From the NCBI RefSeq assembly GCF_009914755.1, contig NC_060929.1: a stretch of 64,000 nucleotides of DNA; one strand, 5' to 3'. Source of the DNA: the human T2T-CHM13v2.0 reference genome, Homo sapiens. The position numbers and the translations under genes are program-made. Shown here one piece after another: positions 40,653-54,659 of the stretch. The notes under the pieces are model-generated. The model saw only the letters and a program-made list of their open reading frames with translations. It was not told the DNA's origin and searched no databases. Numbering within the stretch: the stretch's first letter is position 1; every line of letters starts with the position of its first letter.

Positions 40653-42184
40653 CTGAAAAATAAACCAAAATTAAATTACTGTAGTTTGGCAAAATATACA
40701 TTAACTGAAGGTTCAACTTGTTCTTGTCAAGTGTTTTTAAAAGTGTCTGTTAAAACTATACTAAGACCATATAGTTTCCTGAAGAGTTTGGCCACTGATC
40801 GCTAGTTTCAGACGGAAATGAAATAGACAATAATGCCACTAGGATTCCTTAATGTCAACTTAGCCCTTCTCAGTATACATATAAAATAAGAAATTCAAAA
40901 AGTAAAGTCTCACTTATATTAATATATTTTTCTAATTCAATTATAAACTGTGTCAGAATCTTCTGAGGATGTTTTGTTAATTCAGATTATACATATGCAC
41001 CTGATAGGCTTGTCCCCCACCCCCGCCCCATACATCCAGCATAATTGTCATGGAGTTACCAAAAAACAGAGGTCCTGTGTACCCAAAAAGTTCAAAAAGT
41101 AATGAATGCAAATAAAGGGCTAAGAAAATTATACAACTCTGCACCAAAATTTCTCCTGTAAACAAGCTAAACAGATATATTTGCAAGTGAGACTTATCTC
41201 ATAATTCTTCCTCCTACTTGTTTTGCTCGGAGTTCATAAATCACCCTGCGTGAGATCACGCCAGAAGTCATAAACTTTTACAATAGCAAATGAAGGCATA
41301 TGACCTTAAAAACCAAAAGGAAGTTAAAAAAAAAAAAAAAAACCCCTTCTAAAGCAGGAGAATGAAGGGGTGGTTCTTTTTCTTTAATTCTTTTTGAAAG
41401 GAAGGTACAATAAACAACACTTGCTCAGAATGAAACAGGTGCCAACTAGGCACACATGTGATGCCGATCAATTTCCCCTTCCACACTCCCTGCCCATGAC
41501 AGAGCTGTCCCATTAAACAAGGTTTGCAAGCAGAGCCAGGGGCTCCGGAAATTGACCCTGACTCCAACACAATGTTAAGTGCACAAGCTTGTTTGCTGTC
41601 TAGTTGTTATTTCTTAGTATGATTTGTTGACACCACTAAATTCAAGATCAGACTATGAATCATTCTGAGATTCACATTAATCTTCCTTTGGAATTTTAAA
41701 TCTCTTGCATATATTGAGATAAATCTGCTGTTGAGCACTCGCAATGAAAAACAATTAGGAAAAATATGTAAATATATGGGAAGAAAAATGAACCAAGCAT
41801 TGATCTTGTCATTGGAGATAACGAATAAGATTATTACAACAGCTATCAGATTGTTTCACTATTCCAATTTCCCCTCTGATAATGGCCAGTAACCAAAATC
41901 TGTCCCCTACGTAAAAGAAACTAGAAACAGATGTAAAGTTAATATCAGCAGACGTAACACAAGGAGAAAGGGGTACAAAAACAGGTCAACAAGTTGAAAA
42001 TTGGCCTGAATTTTAACCTTGATACTAGAGCTACATTTCACTGACTCTTTCAACAGTGAATATGATACTTTAGAGATATTCCTGGCAAAAGCCAGATCTG
42101 GCCAAGTTCAATGCTTTAAAATAGTAGTATGGAACAAGCAAAAGAGCAAACTACATCAAACCACTACACAATCTTTTCCCTTAC

Positions 42185-42256
42185 CTCCGGCATCATCTCT
42201 TCAATGAAATGAATCGTGTAGTCTATGTTGAATCTAATTACTTTACACAGTGGAAT
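42185..42256 (-). CDS. DROSHA: DROSHA exon, 72 nt, IPLCKVIRFNIDYTIHFIEEMMPE
   Basis: ttgcag|ATT...CCGGAG|gtaagg; phase 0-0. Confidence 0.97.
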
Positions 42257-42764
42257 CTGCAATAAAAAGAAGTGAGGTTCAGTTCCCCAACGTCTCCCTG
42301 CAGGCTCATATTATACACGTTTGTTACCTGACCCAAAAGGCCATGAACCAAATGAGAAGGCTTCACCTTCATCTCAGCGGCTAACAACACTGCACATGAA
42401 GCTTGACCACAACTGCTGGATTTTAATGACAAGAACCCAGCTGGCCTGGCCTCGCCAAGAAACCTGCATAATGTGGTGCTTAATTAACAGTATTAGCAGC
42501 AGCAACACAAACATGACAAGAACCCATTAAAACCACAAGTATCACCTCTAAAGAATTAATAAAACCATAACCATAAACATTTCTGTTTCTCAAGTTTTTA
42601 AAATATTTTAGAATCTCTGGCTCCTTAGGCAGATCAGGGATAGTAGGGTGATAACTCATCAATTATGGATTCATAGGTCACTGAAAACACCCAATTCATG
42701 CTGCCCATCTGGCTCTTGAGCAAAGGTAATTGTGGTAATAAATATAATAATAACAAATGATAAT

Positions 42765-42990
42765 AAAAATAATAATAGCTAACATTTTTTGAGCCAGGCA
42801 GTGTCCCAAATGCTTCACAATATTCATTCATGTAACCATCACAACATCCCTATAACATGGGTTTGGCTACCATGTCCACTGAACAGTGCAGGAAGCTAAG
42901 GCAGAAGAGTCATCAGGTACCATGCCTAAGATAACAGGTAGCTTGGTGAACTGCGAAGTCTTTCTCTAGACTCCAGCTCTTAGCCACTAG
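42765..42990 (-). mobile_element. MIR
   Basis: aataatagctaacattt...catcacaacatccctat is reverse-strand MIR. Confidence 0.65.
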
Positions 42991-43828
42991 AGTATACCCC
43001 TCTCATTACCTGTTCTAATACTCAAGATACATGTGAAAATGAAGGAAGGCTCAGCATAAAATAAATCCACATCTATCTTACTTTACCAATGTATCATCAG
43101 ACAATTGCCTACTGCCTACACATAACAGGTTTTCCGTAAATATATTTTTGAATGAATTAAAGAATGAAAAAGGGAGGGAGATTACTGCAGAGAATTGGCT
43201 GGCTAGCTGGGGAAAATAACAGACCCAGAAGTCCCAGAGACGCGTTAACTGAGTTTTTCTGGCTGCTTAATCTGTCCATAAGATGATTTTATACAGATGT
43301 AATCATTTTCATAAACCACAGCAATCAGAAAGAAACAAATTTTAATTCTATCAGTGAAAGGGATGGTACGAAAAACAGAAAAATAGTCTTATAATGCCAT
43401 CTACTGGAAATCCTTTTCTCAGATACAAAGTTTAGTTCTTGGGGGCTTTTCCTTTTTATTCTAAAGAATAGTGGTTAATTTGAGTGAAATTCATAATAGC
43501 CATTATCATTTTTAAGTTCTACTTTGTTCTTATAATCATTTAAAAATATTTAAGAGTTACAAAATTTTGCATGATTCAATGTATTTTTAAAATACCTATT
43601 CTTTGCTAACAACTATATTAGGTTCATAGGTACTCTAAAATAAGCTACGGGTCCTATCTTAAGAGGTAAAGATGTGTAAGAAGAAAGGCATGTAAGTAAA
43701 TACAAACAGAATACAATGCAATGTAACTTCTAAGTTCAATTAAAAAACAAACAAGCAACAAAAAAAGTATAAAGTACAAAAGAACCAAAGAGGAGGTAAC
43801 ATATGAGTTGTCTTCAAAGATGAGGAGG

Positions 43829-44131
43829 GGCCGGGCACGGTGGCTTATGCCTGTAATCCTAGCACTTTGGGAGGCTGAGCAGCGTGGATCAACTGAGTTC
43901 AGGAGTTCAAGAACAGCCTGGCCAACATGGTGAAACCCCGTCTCTACTAAAAATACAAAAATTAGCTGGGCGTGGTGGCGTCTATAATCCCAGCTACTTG
44001 GGAGGCTGAGGCAGAAGAATCACTTGAACCCGGGAGTTGGAGGTTGCAGTGAACCAAGATCATGCCACTTCACTCCAGCCTGGGCAAAAGAGCAAAACTC
44101 CATCACCAAAAAAAAAAAAAAAAAAAAAAAA
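43829..44131 (+). mobile_element. AluS within L2-like sequence
   Basis: Dimer; TSD AAAGATG(A/G)GGAGG. Confidence 0.92.
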
Positions 44132-45568
44132 GATGGGGAGGAATTTTCCAGGTCATCTAGAAAAAGTTGAGGCAGAGCAGGTGTTTAGCTTCTAGAAAAA
44201 TGGAGGAAAGGGAGCTGAGGAAAGAAGTAGTAATTTCACAGTTCAGACAGAAGTGCGTGGAGAGAGAGAGATGCCAGATGATCTAGAGAGGAAAATATGA
44301 ACTCTATTATGTAGCCCTTACAAACCATGTTAAGGTCAGGGCTTATGGATATATGGCAACGAGAAATCATTCAAGTACTTTAAGTTACAGATTATCATCA
44401 TTTACATTTCAGATGAGACACTGTGGAAACAGTGTGGGAATGGCTTGTAAGGGAACAAAGAAGACCAGACTGAAGTCTAATGCAATAGTCCAGGAGCCAA
44501 ATGAAGGGAAGACTGGAAAGGAAGAGAAAAATTTTAAACACAGGAGATATTACTGAAATATACAGTGACCATTCTGATGTGGGAGGAAGAGTGAAGAAAG
44601 AATTGAGGATCATTTCTGGGTTTCTGGCGTAAGTGACCAACTAGGTCACTTAATTCAGGAGGGTGTCCCCTTAGTACCTCAAATTCAATATGCAGGGAAG
44701 ATGACGAGTCTAGTTTCACACAGGTTGAGGGTAAAGTATCTGAGGAAACATCGAGGAGGTTCATTTCAAAAGGCAATCTAAAATGTGAGAGTGGAGTATT
44801 AATACAGAGGTACATGTCACAGCTATTAATATTGATCTGGTGGGGATCAGAATATGCATGGGTGGAAATGAACTACTCAGAGAGTAAACAGGAGAGAAAA
44901 CAACCAGAGCTGTTGGGAATTCTCAAGAGATAGGCAGAAAGCAAATGTGCAAACTTTCTTCCTTGCTATCATAGGAAAAAGCACTCTGCTAGATGATTTA
45001 TGCACGTACAGTCCTTTCTCCATTTCATTTTAAGTAAAATCACTTCTTGGAATTCCTTCTCTGACCTCTTCTCTTTGTATATACTTTATTTTCTTTTGGG
45101 CTTCCATCCATACCACCAGAGCCCTTCTCAGACACACAAATTTGGAAAGGCAGGATCTCCTCATCTATTCAAACTGTAATCTCTCTCTAAGTGTCAAGAA
45201 GAGCTTGTTATTTTGCTACACAATGGTCAACCAAGAAACTGTGTAACTTCAAAGATCACCAAAATACCTCCCAACAAATGCCATCAAATAATATAAATGA
45301 CTACCATCATGTTTGAATACTTAAAAGAACATCCTATACTGACTTATACTCCTATCTCACCCTAGCAAAAAACTCAAAAAACTAAAAAACTCTCCAAACC
45401 TCCATCTTCTAACTCTACTACTTCCACACACTGATTGACCAAATCCAGGAGTCAGCGAGTCCACTGCAAATGGGAAGCCAACTAAAGTGGGAGGGAAATG
45501 ATCCAGGGGTTCTCCTGTGCTTTTGAGAATACGACAAAATACGGTGTAACTCATACATATACCTTACA

Positions 45569-46178
<610 letters not shown>

Positions 46179-47503
46179 AAATACACATATCTTTAAAACT
46201 TCAGATAAGTTGTCAGAGCTCTTAACATCAGGTATTACAATAACAAATGTACTACATAAAAAGGTAAAATTCTCCCAGAATGCTCTATACTCAGCCAACA
46301 AGGCTTTCAATCCACTTCAATTCAAGACCTTAAGAGAACTTATAGAACTAGATTTGGTGGAGATTCTGTCATTACCATCATTTGCATGACATGCTTACTG
46401 ACATTCTCTCTCTAGCAAGAAAAGGAATCAGATTGGTAAAGCAATTTAACAATTCTTTTCCTTAGGAGGCTATTTCAAATTCAAGAGGCCTTTGATGGAT
46501 CTAATTCCTATGAACTGCACAACAGTCAGCTTAAAACTCTATTTTTATCAACATCTCTAATACAAATGATAGGGTTTGTCATAGAATAAAGTTCTCACCG
46601 AGAACTTGAACATTTACATAAAATATATGCTGAAGCCAGGAATTTTTTCTGTCCTTTTGTTTTATAATGACAGTAACGACTGTGACTAATTTAGCAACAG
46701 TGGCCTCTCAGGCCAAACCTTATGCTGGGGGATGTTTTTAAAAATGATGTTTTCTACTCACTTTTGCTGTAAACCTAAAACTACTATTTTTTTTAAAAAA
46801 GTCCACATTTTAAAAAAATTATGTCCGATTCTCACTAAAACCCCAAGCATTGCTATCGTTAATGAAGTTCAAAGAATTCACTTGTCCAAGGTTAAAAAAA
46901 AAAAAAAAGGATTCGAAGAAAGATTCAAACCCAGCTCTGTCTGAAATCCTTTCCAAAGAGAGAGGTGCCAGTATTTATTATGTGCCAAACACCATGGTAA
47001 ACACTTTTCATGGCCATCTTATTTATTTTTCACAAAAGCCAATGAGATTGTTCCCACTAATACCCTAATCTTACAGATGAGAAAGCCAAAGCTTATAAAG
47101 ATTGAAATGTCAAATCACAGAGCTATCACTAATTTTAAACCCTGGTCTCTCTAAAGCCACACTGCTATCCTTCTTTGTTTAAGGTGATCCTAAAAGTCAA
47201 AATAAGATGTATATTACTTCTAGGGAATCAAGAAATAAGAGGAAGAATAGTTTTAAGTATTTTCACGCTAACTAAATTCTGTGTATTTATAAGCCCTCTG
47301 TGGGGAAAAAAGAGACAGGCAGTAGATGGTGGGGGGTGGAGAGTAATCAACTCTAAGGCTATGAGATTCGGTGTAACAAAGGGTTTCAAAGTTTGTGACA
47401 CTTGAAAAAAAAAAAAAAGCAAAGAAATCATGAAAATTCAGAAACCTCTTAGTACCTTTCCATAAAGATTATTTAAGAATGGCCTAATACTATTGCTTTT
47501 CTA

Positions 47504-47801
47504 TATTTATTTATTTATTTGAGACATAGTTTCACTCTTCTGCCCAGGCTGGAGTGCAGCAGCATGATCTCGGCTCACTGAAACTTCTGCCTCCCAGGTT
47601 CAAATGATTCTTGTGCCTCAACCTCTCAAGTAGCTGGGTTTACAGACGCACACCACCATGCCCAGCTAATTTTGTATTTTTAGTAGAGACGGGGTTTCGC
47701 CATGTTGGCCAAGCTGGTCTTGAACTCCTGACCTCAAGTGATCTGCCTACCTCGACCTCCCAAAGTGCTGGGATTACAGGCGTGAGCCACCGCACCCAGC
47801 C
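47504..47801 (-). mobile_element. AluS
   Basis: TSD TATTGCTTTTCTA. Confidence 0.92.
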
Positions 47802-48914
47802 CATATTATTGCTTTTCTACATTAGTGAACAGATGGTCCCCCCGAAGAAAAATGTAATATATATTATGAAATGATTTTATTTTTACATTACAATGTAATC
47901 ACCTTCTCAAAGAAAATTCTCTAGGATAAAAAATACTGTGAAATAAAGAAAATCTCATTAGGAAAACAATTTGTCCTAAATTAGCATCGCCGCTATGGAA
48001 TCATATCTACTTACATAGAAAAAAAGAATGACAAAAAGGGCTAAGCTAAGGCAAAGATTTGAGTCTTAACTGTACTCTCCAATGGAACAGAATTTCATCT
48101 GTGAAGTAAACAGTACTAAAATAATTTTTCAAATTGCAGATGTAATTTCACGTAACCAAACCAGAAGAGGTTAAAGAACATTCTATTTGATGTGGATATA
48201 CAATAGCTACAATTCAGTAAGTTCTACAACAGCATCTGTACTGGGTCAAGTACACTGCCACACATCTGTTCCTGTGCCACTGCCAGCCAATTCACTCTAC
48301 ATCCAACTGCAATATGAAGTAAGAAAGACAATTCCTGGGACTGTGAGCATGGAGATGGAAAGATTTTGACTCATGGATCAGGAACTTCCATTTGAACCAA
48401 TTACCAACAAAGCAGACTTAATACCTGTATAAAAATATCATGAATCCATATGTCAAAGTGTCTTGAAGACATATTCCTGGGATTCAAAAGCAGAAAATCT
48501 ATTTCATGAATTCAGGCTCCAAACGTTCTGAATAAGCTCTGTTTCTTTTGCTCAGAGACTAAACAATGGCTTCTCCTTAAAACTTTCTTTTGAAGGACAA
48601 CCAACCCAAAATAGCTTTAACACATTACTCCACAGTTTATCCTCCTTTTCCAATCTTTCACACTCTCAAAATGTTACTCTGACACTTGTTTACTTACACC
48701 ATTTAATGCAGACCGAACCCGTGACTCATTAGCACAGATGTCACAATGCCACCTGATGCACTGCTGCAGACTTCCTGCAGCTCATTTACAATACAGAGGG
48801 ATGCAGAGGAAATGTTTCTTAGGAGGCAGATGACAGGAAATGTTTTGACTTTTGGAAAGAAGGGATGAAGGAGGTACAAGGAAAGAGAAAAGCAGCCAAC
48901 TGGCACATACTTAC

Positions 48915-49001
48915 ATTGGTCAGGGGGGCATGTGCAAACATAGAAAATCCTTCAAAGATATACTCGTGATCATCGTATTCTATAACAGTTGGCCTGTCAG
49001 T
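48915..49001 (-). CDS. DROSHA: DROSHA exon, 87 nt, TDRPTVIEYDDHEYIFEGFSMFAHAPLTN
   Basis: ttttag|ACT...ACCAAT|gtaagt; phase 0-0. Confidence 0.97.
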
Positions 49002-49643
49002 CTAAAAGCAAACAGAAACACGAACCCCAAATTAAATAAATGACATGAGTTGCATATGCAGAAATCCATCAGGACAGAAAGTAACCAATAGAACATAAGG
49101 ACTTCCTTTCAGACACCAGGGAGAACTTTATACAAAGTTTAATTTTACATGAAATTATCCGGCTTCAGATAGTAAGTATAATATTTACGTACTTAGACAA
49201 TGAATGATGTAATATTATGGGTGCCATAAATAAATAAAAGGCTATATTAAGCTTCATTTTCTGGGAACTTGTTTATTTAATCTCACAATACTACCAGTTC
49301 TGTTCTTAATGAACTATGTTTCTGAACTAACAGAAGTCCTAACAGGAGCAAGGTAATAACACAGCTGACTCAAATGCAAAGTGGAAAAAGACTCAGCATC
49401 ATAAAGTGGAGACTAGCAACAGCCTAGAAGTCTCTCAAAGGCCTCTTGGTGCCAGAAGGTCAACCCCTCATAGCTCTATTCCCAGCCTCTCCAAGAAGTC
49501 AACCAACCAAACACTGCAACAAATCAATTCCCACACAAGTTCAAAGGCCTTAATTCCCTGAAAATTGGATTTGTAACTAAATAATACATATATCAATCTA
49601 AGCATGAAGCCCTCTATTCCTTATGCCATTCTTATAACCCACC

Positions 49644-49645
<2 letters not shown>

Positions 49646-49699
<54 letters not shown>

Positions 49700-49979
49700 A
49701 GATGAAGTCTCACTCTCTTCCCCAGGCTGGAGTGCAGTGGCATGATCTTGGCTCACTACAGACTCTGCCTCCCAGCTTCCAACAATTATCGTGCCTCAGC
49801 CTCCTAAGTAGCTGGGATTACAGGCGTGCACCACTATGCCAGGCTAATTTTTGTATTTTAGTAGAGATGGGGTTCCACCATCCCTACTAGGCTGGTCTCA
49901 AACTCCTGACTTCAGGTGATCCACTCGCCTCGGCCTCCCAAAGTGCTGGGATTACAGGCATGAGCCACCAGGCCCAGCC
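49646..49979 (-). mobile_element. AluS whose tail is a (TG) microsatellite of about 25 units (49646-49696)
   Basis: Direct reading. Confidence 0.92.
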
Positions 49980-50216
49980 ATTTTTAACCTTAAATGCTAA
50001 ATATGGCAGTAATTATTAAGACTGATGACCTATAAGACATATTTCTAACACAGATATTAGATTTCATTCGTTTAAACATTATCTATTAAGAACAACTTGG
50101 AAAGAGGGGGAGCAAAAGAATATCGAAATATCTATTATTTGTTTTGCCAATATTATTGTTAATTTATATTTGAAAAACTTCACAAAGATGGTCTAAATTA
50201 AATAAAAGGAAAAGAA

Positions 50217-50347
50217 AGCCAGGCATAGTGGCACATGCCTGTAATCCCAGCTACTTGGGAGGGTGAGGCAAGAGGATCACTTGAGACCGGAGTTCAAATT
50301 CAGCCTGGGCAACAAAGTGAGATCTCACCTCTGAAAAAAGAAAAAAA
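50217..50347 (+). mobile_element. FLAM monomer
   Basis: gccaggcatagtggcacatgcctgtaatcccagctac...A tail. Confidence 0.8.
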
Positions 50348-50405
50348 TAATGAGCAAAAATGGTACAGCCACTTTGGAAACAGTTTGGCATTTCTTCAAA
50401 AAAAA

Positions 50406-50685
50406 TTTTTTTTTTTTGAGACAGTCTCACACTGTCGCCCAGGCTGGAGTAAAGTGGTGCGATCTCGGCTCTGCCTCCTGGGTTCACGCCATTCTCCTGC
50501 CTCAGCCTCCCGAGTAGCTGGGACTACAGGTGCCCGCCACCATGCCCGGCTAATTTTTTGTATTTTTAGTAGAGACGGGGTTTCACCGTGTTAGCCAGGA
50601 CGGTCTCGATCTCCTGACCTTGTGATCCGCCCACCTCGGCCTCCCAAAGTGCTGGTATTACAGGCGTGAGCCACCGCGCCCGGCC
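50406..50685 (-). mobile_element. AluY with a small deletion
   Basis: gggttcacgccattctcc and ccgtgttagccaggacggtctcgatc. Confidence 0.92.
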
Positions 50686-50997
50686 ACCATTCACTAATTT
50701 TCAAGAAATGTGGAAGTGTTCTATATTTTCTTCCCACTCCATAGCTCCAACATTGTTGGCTATTATGAATTTGGCTATTAAGTGATGCCAACAATATTTA
50801 ATGAAAAAAAGATATAGCAGTATAGTGAAGAGGAAGCTGAAAGAAACGTCATCGTGAGAAAGGCCAATTTGTCAACATAAAAATAAAATATTTTTCAAAG
50901 TAAGAACATTTGAGAACAGAATCAATAACTTTAGCCTATTCACATTTTACTCTATTTACATTTTAAATGATATGCATGTGATTCTTTAGAAACTTAC

Positions 50998-51084
50998 TAA
51001 AAAGTTCGTAGGCGGGGAGACTGTGATCCGGTAGTGGAAAAGTCTGCCAGCATTGTTGGTCATAGGACGACAGGGCTTGATGGC
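50998..51084 (-). CDS. DROSHA: DROSHA exon, 87 nt, AIKPCRPMTNNAGRLFHYRITVSPPTNFL
   Basis: cctcag|GCC...TTTTTA|gtaagt; phase 0-0. Confidence 0.97.
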
Positions 51085-51189
51085 CTGAGGGGAAAAAAAC
51101 GAAAATCAGTTTACAAGTAAAGCAAGAGTACTTTTACTTAAAAATATATTGTATTTCCTAGATTCACATCTAACAAAACAGGTTTTATG

Positions 51190-53950
51190 TCTGTTCCTTC
51201 ACAGACTGGTAGGAAAGAACAGTATTGGCTTTGCCATACCTAGACCAATAAAAAAGGGCTGGCCAGTCTCCAGCTCTCAGCCGCTTCCTCAGGTGCTGGT
51301 GAAGCAAGGATGACCAATAAGGCCGCAAATGTCTGAGGTTTTGGGGCCTCCAAAATACCATGAACTTGGTAAATGAGCAATTATCATCCATGAGGGTACC
51401 AGAGGGACACCCACTGGACTGCTAGTACACATAGGTGGCCTTGATGAAGACTTGGTGTTCTTCCATCTGGGTCGGTGGGTGAGCAGGCCACGTCAGTTGT
51501 AAGGAGGGTCTGAAGGAACTCATGAGGCTTGCCGGAGATGGGCCCATTTGGGAGTCCCCTTTATTGCAGCTGCCAGTAGAAGTAGCTCTGCCCTTGTTGC
51601 AGACAGCTGGACAGGGTCTTGTCCTGTGGGTGATGGGCCTGGGGAGGCCAAGGAGAGCGATGCCAGGTGTCTGAACCTCTGGCTACAAGGTGCCAAGTTG
51701 GGGCTGGGAGAGGTGTGAGCTGCAGCTGGAAACACTTGGTTGGGTGGTGGTTGTGTCTTGGCATTTTCCAGCATGGCAAGGGCCCACAGAGCCTGATTAA
51801 CTTCGGAGACCAAGAGAGCTTGTTTGGCCTGTGATGGGACTCACCTTAAAAACAACTGTAAAGTAGGGCCAGGCACAGTGGTTCATGCCTGTAATCATAG
51901 CACTTTAGGAGGCCAAGGTGGGAGGATTGCTTAAGCCCAGGAGTTCAAGACCAGCCTGGGCAACAAGGCAAAACCCTGTCTTTACAAAAATTAGCCTGGT
52001 GTGGTGGTGCATGCCTGTGGTCCCAGCTACTCAGGAGGTTGAGGCAGGAGATCACTTGAGCCCAGGAGGCAGAAGTTCCAGTGAGCCAAGATTGCACAAC
52101 TGCACTCCAGCCTGGGTGACAGAGGGAGACCTTGTCTCAAAACAAAAACAAAAAGAAAACCATAAACATCTGGCTGCAAGGTGGCCTATACAGGGCTCTC
52201 CCAGCGGTGCCCCAGTCCCATGGAGGTGGCAGCTGCATAAACCCACTGAAACATGCTTAAATGTTCCTTCCTGAACTTTACACCAGCTACTTTCAGCCCT
52301 TGATGGGGACGTTCATGCTGAGGTGTGCTATTCTCCAAGCCATAAACAGCCACTGCAGCAGAGGACAGGGACAGCTTATGGCTGCCTGCTCTATGCCCAC
52401 AGCCCCATCAAGTTGTGCTCCCTGGATAACCTTGACTGGGTGTTGAAGTCATGAGAGATCTTACCATCTTTGGAGATAGCTACCGACTGTTACATTTTTC
52501 AGTCTGTGAGTTACAGTCCAGTTCCTGTGTGATACACACAGTACAGCCAGTGACAACTTTCTCACTGAGTCCCTGCATCAGGTCTTTGAGGAAGCTCTAA
52601 ATTTCTGGCCTTGACAAAGGGTAAACCTATTTGCAGACTTCCATGGTGTCTGGGGCATGCCTCCTCATCTGAGCAGGTTGTGGAGGTGACAGCCACTGTC
52701 CTAACCATGACCCAGGTGGTGACTGGTAATGCCTGTAGTGCAACCAATGGTAACCCCGTGCACTCGGGATCATCATTCCACAGCTTGAAGGCCTACGGAT
52801 CAGCCAGGCCAAGTGATGCGACTCTGAGCTGAGCCCATGTGACTGGGGTACGTGGCACCCAGCAGGCATCTGAGGGTAGAGCACATCCCTGGAGAAGCTG
52901 CGCAGTCCCATCAGGAGTGCAGAGAGGATAATGGTGCCCTTCAGTGATTGTACAGACTTGCAGGGGATCATCTTCTAATTCCCCCACTGGCAGACAACAA
53001 CAGAGAGGCTTTCTGCAGATAAACCTGACCTAAGACTTCCTGGCCTATGGTGTCACAATCCCAGGATCCTTCAGGCCAAGATGCTCCTCTGGCACAGCAA
53101 GGGCTGGAGACACGCCAGCCGGCAGTCAACTCTTGAAGCCAAGGGCATCCCTGACATCCAGACAGTCCTCCTCCACTTGGGAGCCTGTCCCCCCTTACTA
53201 TGGGCCTGGAAGGATCTTAAGAATAATTTTGGCATGTGCCTGGTGGCAATTTCCATAACAGAGGTACAAAGTGCACACAGAAGGTAGCAATTGGCCAGAA
53301 AGCAGAATAAAAACTGCCAGTCCCACTGTGGAACAGTCCATAGGGCTCACCCAGTAGCTGGATCAGAGATAGCTCCCATTCACTCTCTCATGATTCTCTC
53401 ATAGAAATGAGTGCCATTACTCACCTGCTTATGCAAATCCCATCACCATCCCCAGCTGTCGTGTTGGTGGCTGGGGTGTTTTGAGTGGACCTAATTAACC
53501 AGCTCTTTCAGGAGGGACTTCTCCCTTTCCATCTGATTCTCCTCAAAGATAAGTCTTAGTCACCAACTGATGCTCAAGCAGTTTATTCTGCTTATTCTCT
53601 TACAAGACGAACAGCAGACGCAGGCCAGATATAGCCAGGGACTTAGATGACCAAGTCACCAGGAGGGTCTTCATCCAGAGACCATTCTCAAGTTTGGAGG
53701 ATCCTTCTCCTTTGCTTATACCTGTATTCAGTCCAGGTCAGTTACCAGGTGTCTCTTTTCTAAAAGGAGTTTAAACTATTCTTGTAAGGGGAAACTTTGT
53801 TTTAAGACTTATGAAAGCTGCATCTGTGCCTAGGTGGCCTTGTCTCCTGGAAATCTCCAGGCTAGGTTGTAGACTGCTGACACAGGCTGACACGGACAAC
53901 ACTGCTGACATGGAGTATCAGCCCTGTGAGACACCTGAATGAAGTTATGG
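51190..53950 (-). mobile_element. Degraded ERVL-class internal (pol RNase H/integrase) sequence, interrupted by an Alu (51868-52160, +)
   Basis: Minus-strand remnants LFLRSFQAHSKG (RNase H end) and LQALPVTTW...AVTSTTCSDEEACP (compare integrase GPLP...IDTYSGYGFAFP); higher GC than flanks; boundaries uncertain. Confidence 0.55.
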
Positions 53951-54288
53951 CTACCCTTAATCTTACAGCCACAATATGCCACTTACTGTATACTCCAGAG
54001 GGGGTTCAGACTACAAGATTTAAGGATCTTTCTAGATCTAGAATCCTATGACCATCTTCCTTTTACTTGTAAAATAACACAATAACTGACCTTTGGTTAT
54101 ACTTATGAATAAACTGAAAAAAAAAGTGGGGAAATTAATCTGAGAACTAACAGCAGTGAGTGTTAACAGGAAATTTAAAAAGCTAGAAGGAATAAATATG
54201 CTGAGTAAAAATCGAAAAGGTCAGAAATGAAGAAAGCATGAGAGGTGGTGGAACAGTATATGCATGGATCTTAAGACGGGAAAAGGCT

Positions 54289-54581
<293 letters not shown>

Positions 54582-54659
54582 GACGAGAAAAGGCAAACAA
54601 AGCCAGCACAAGAAGTGTGCTGTGACAGCATCAGTTGTGATGGCATCATTGGGTGCACC

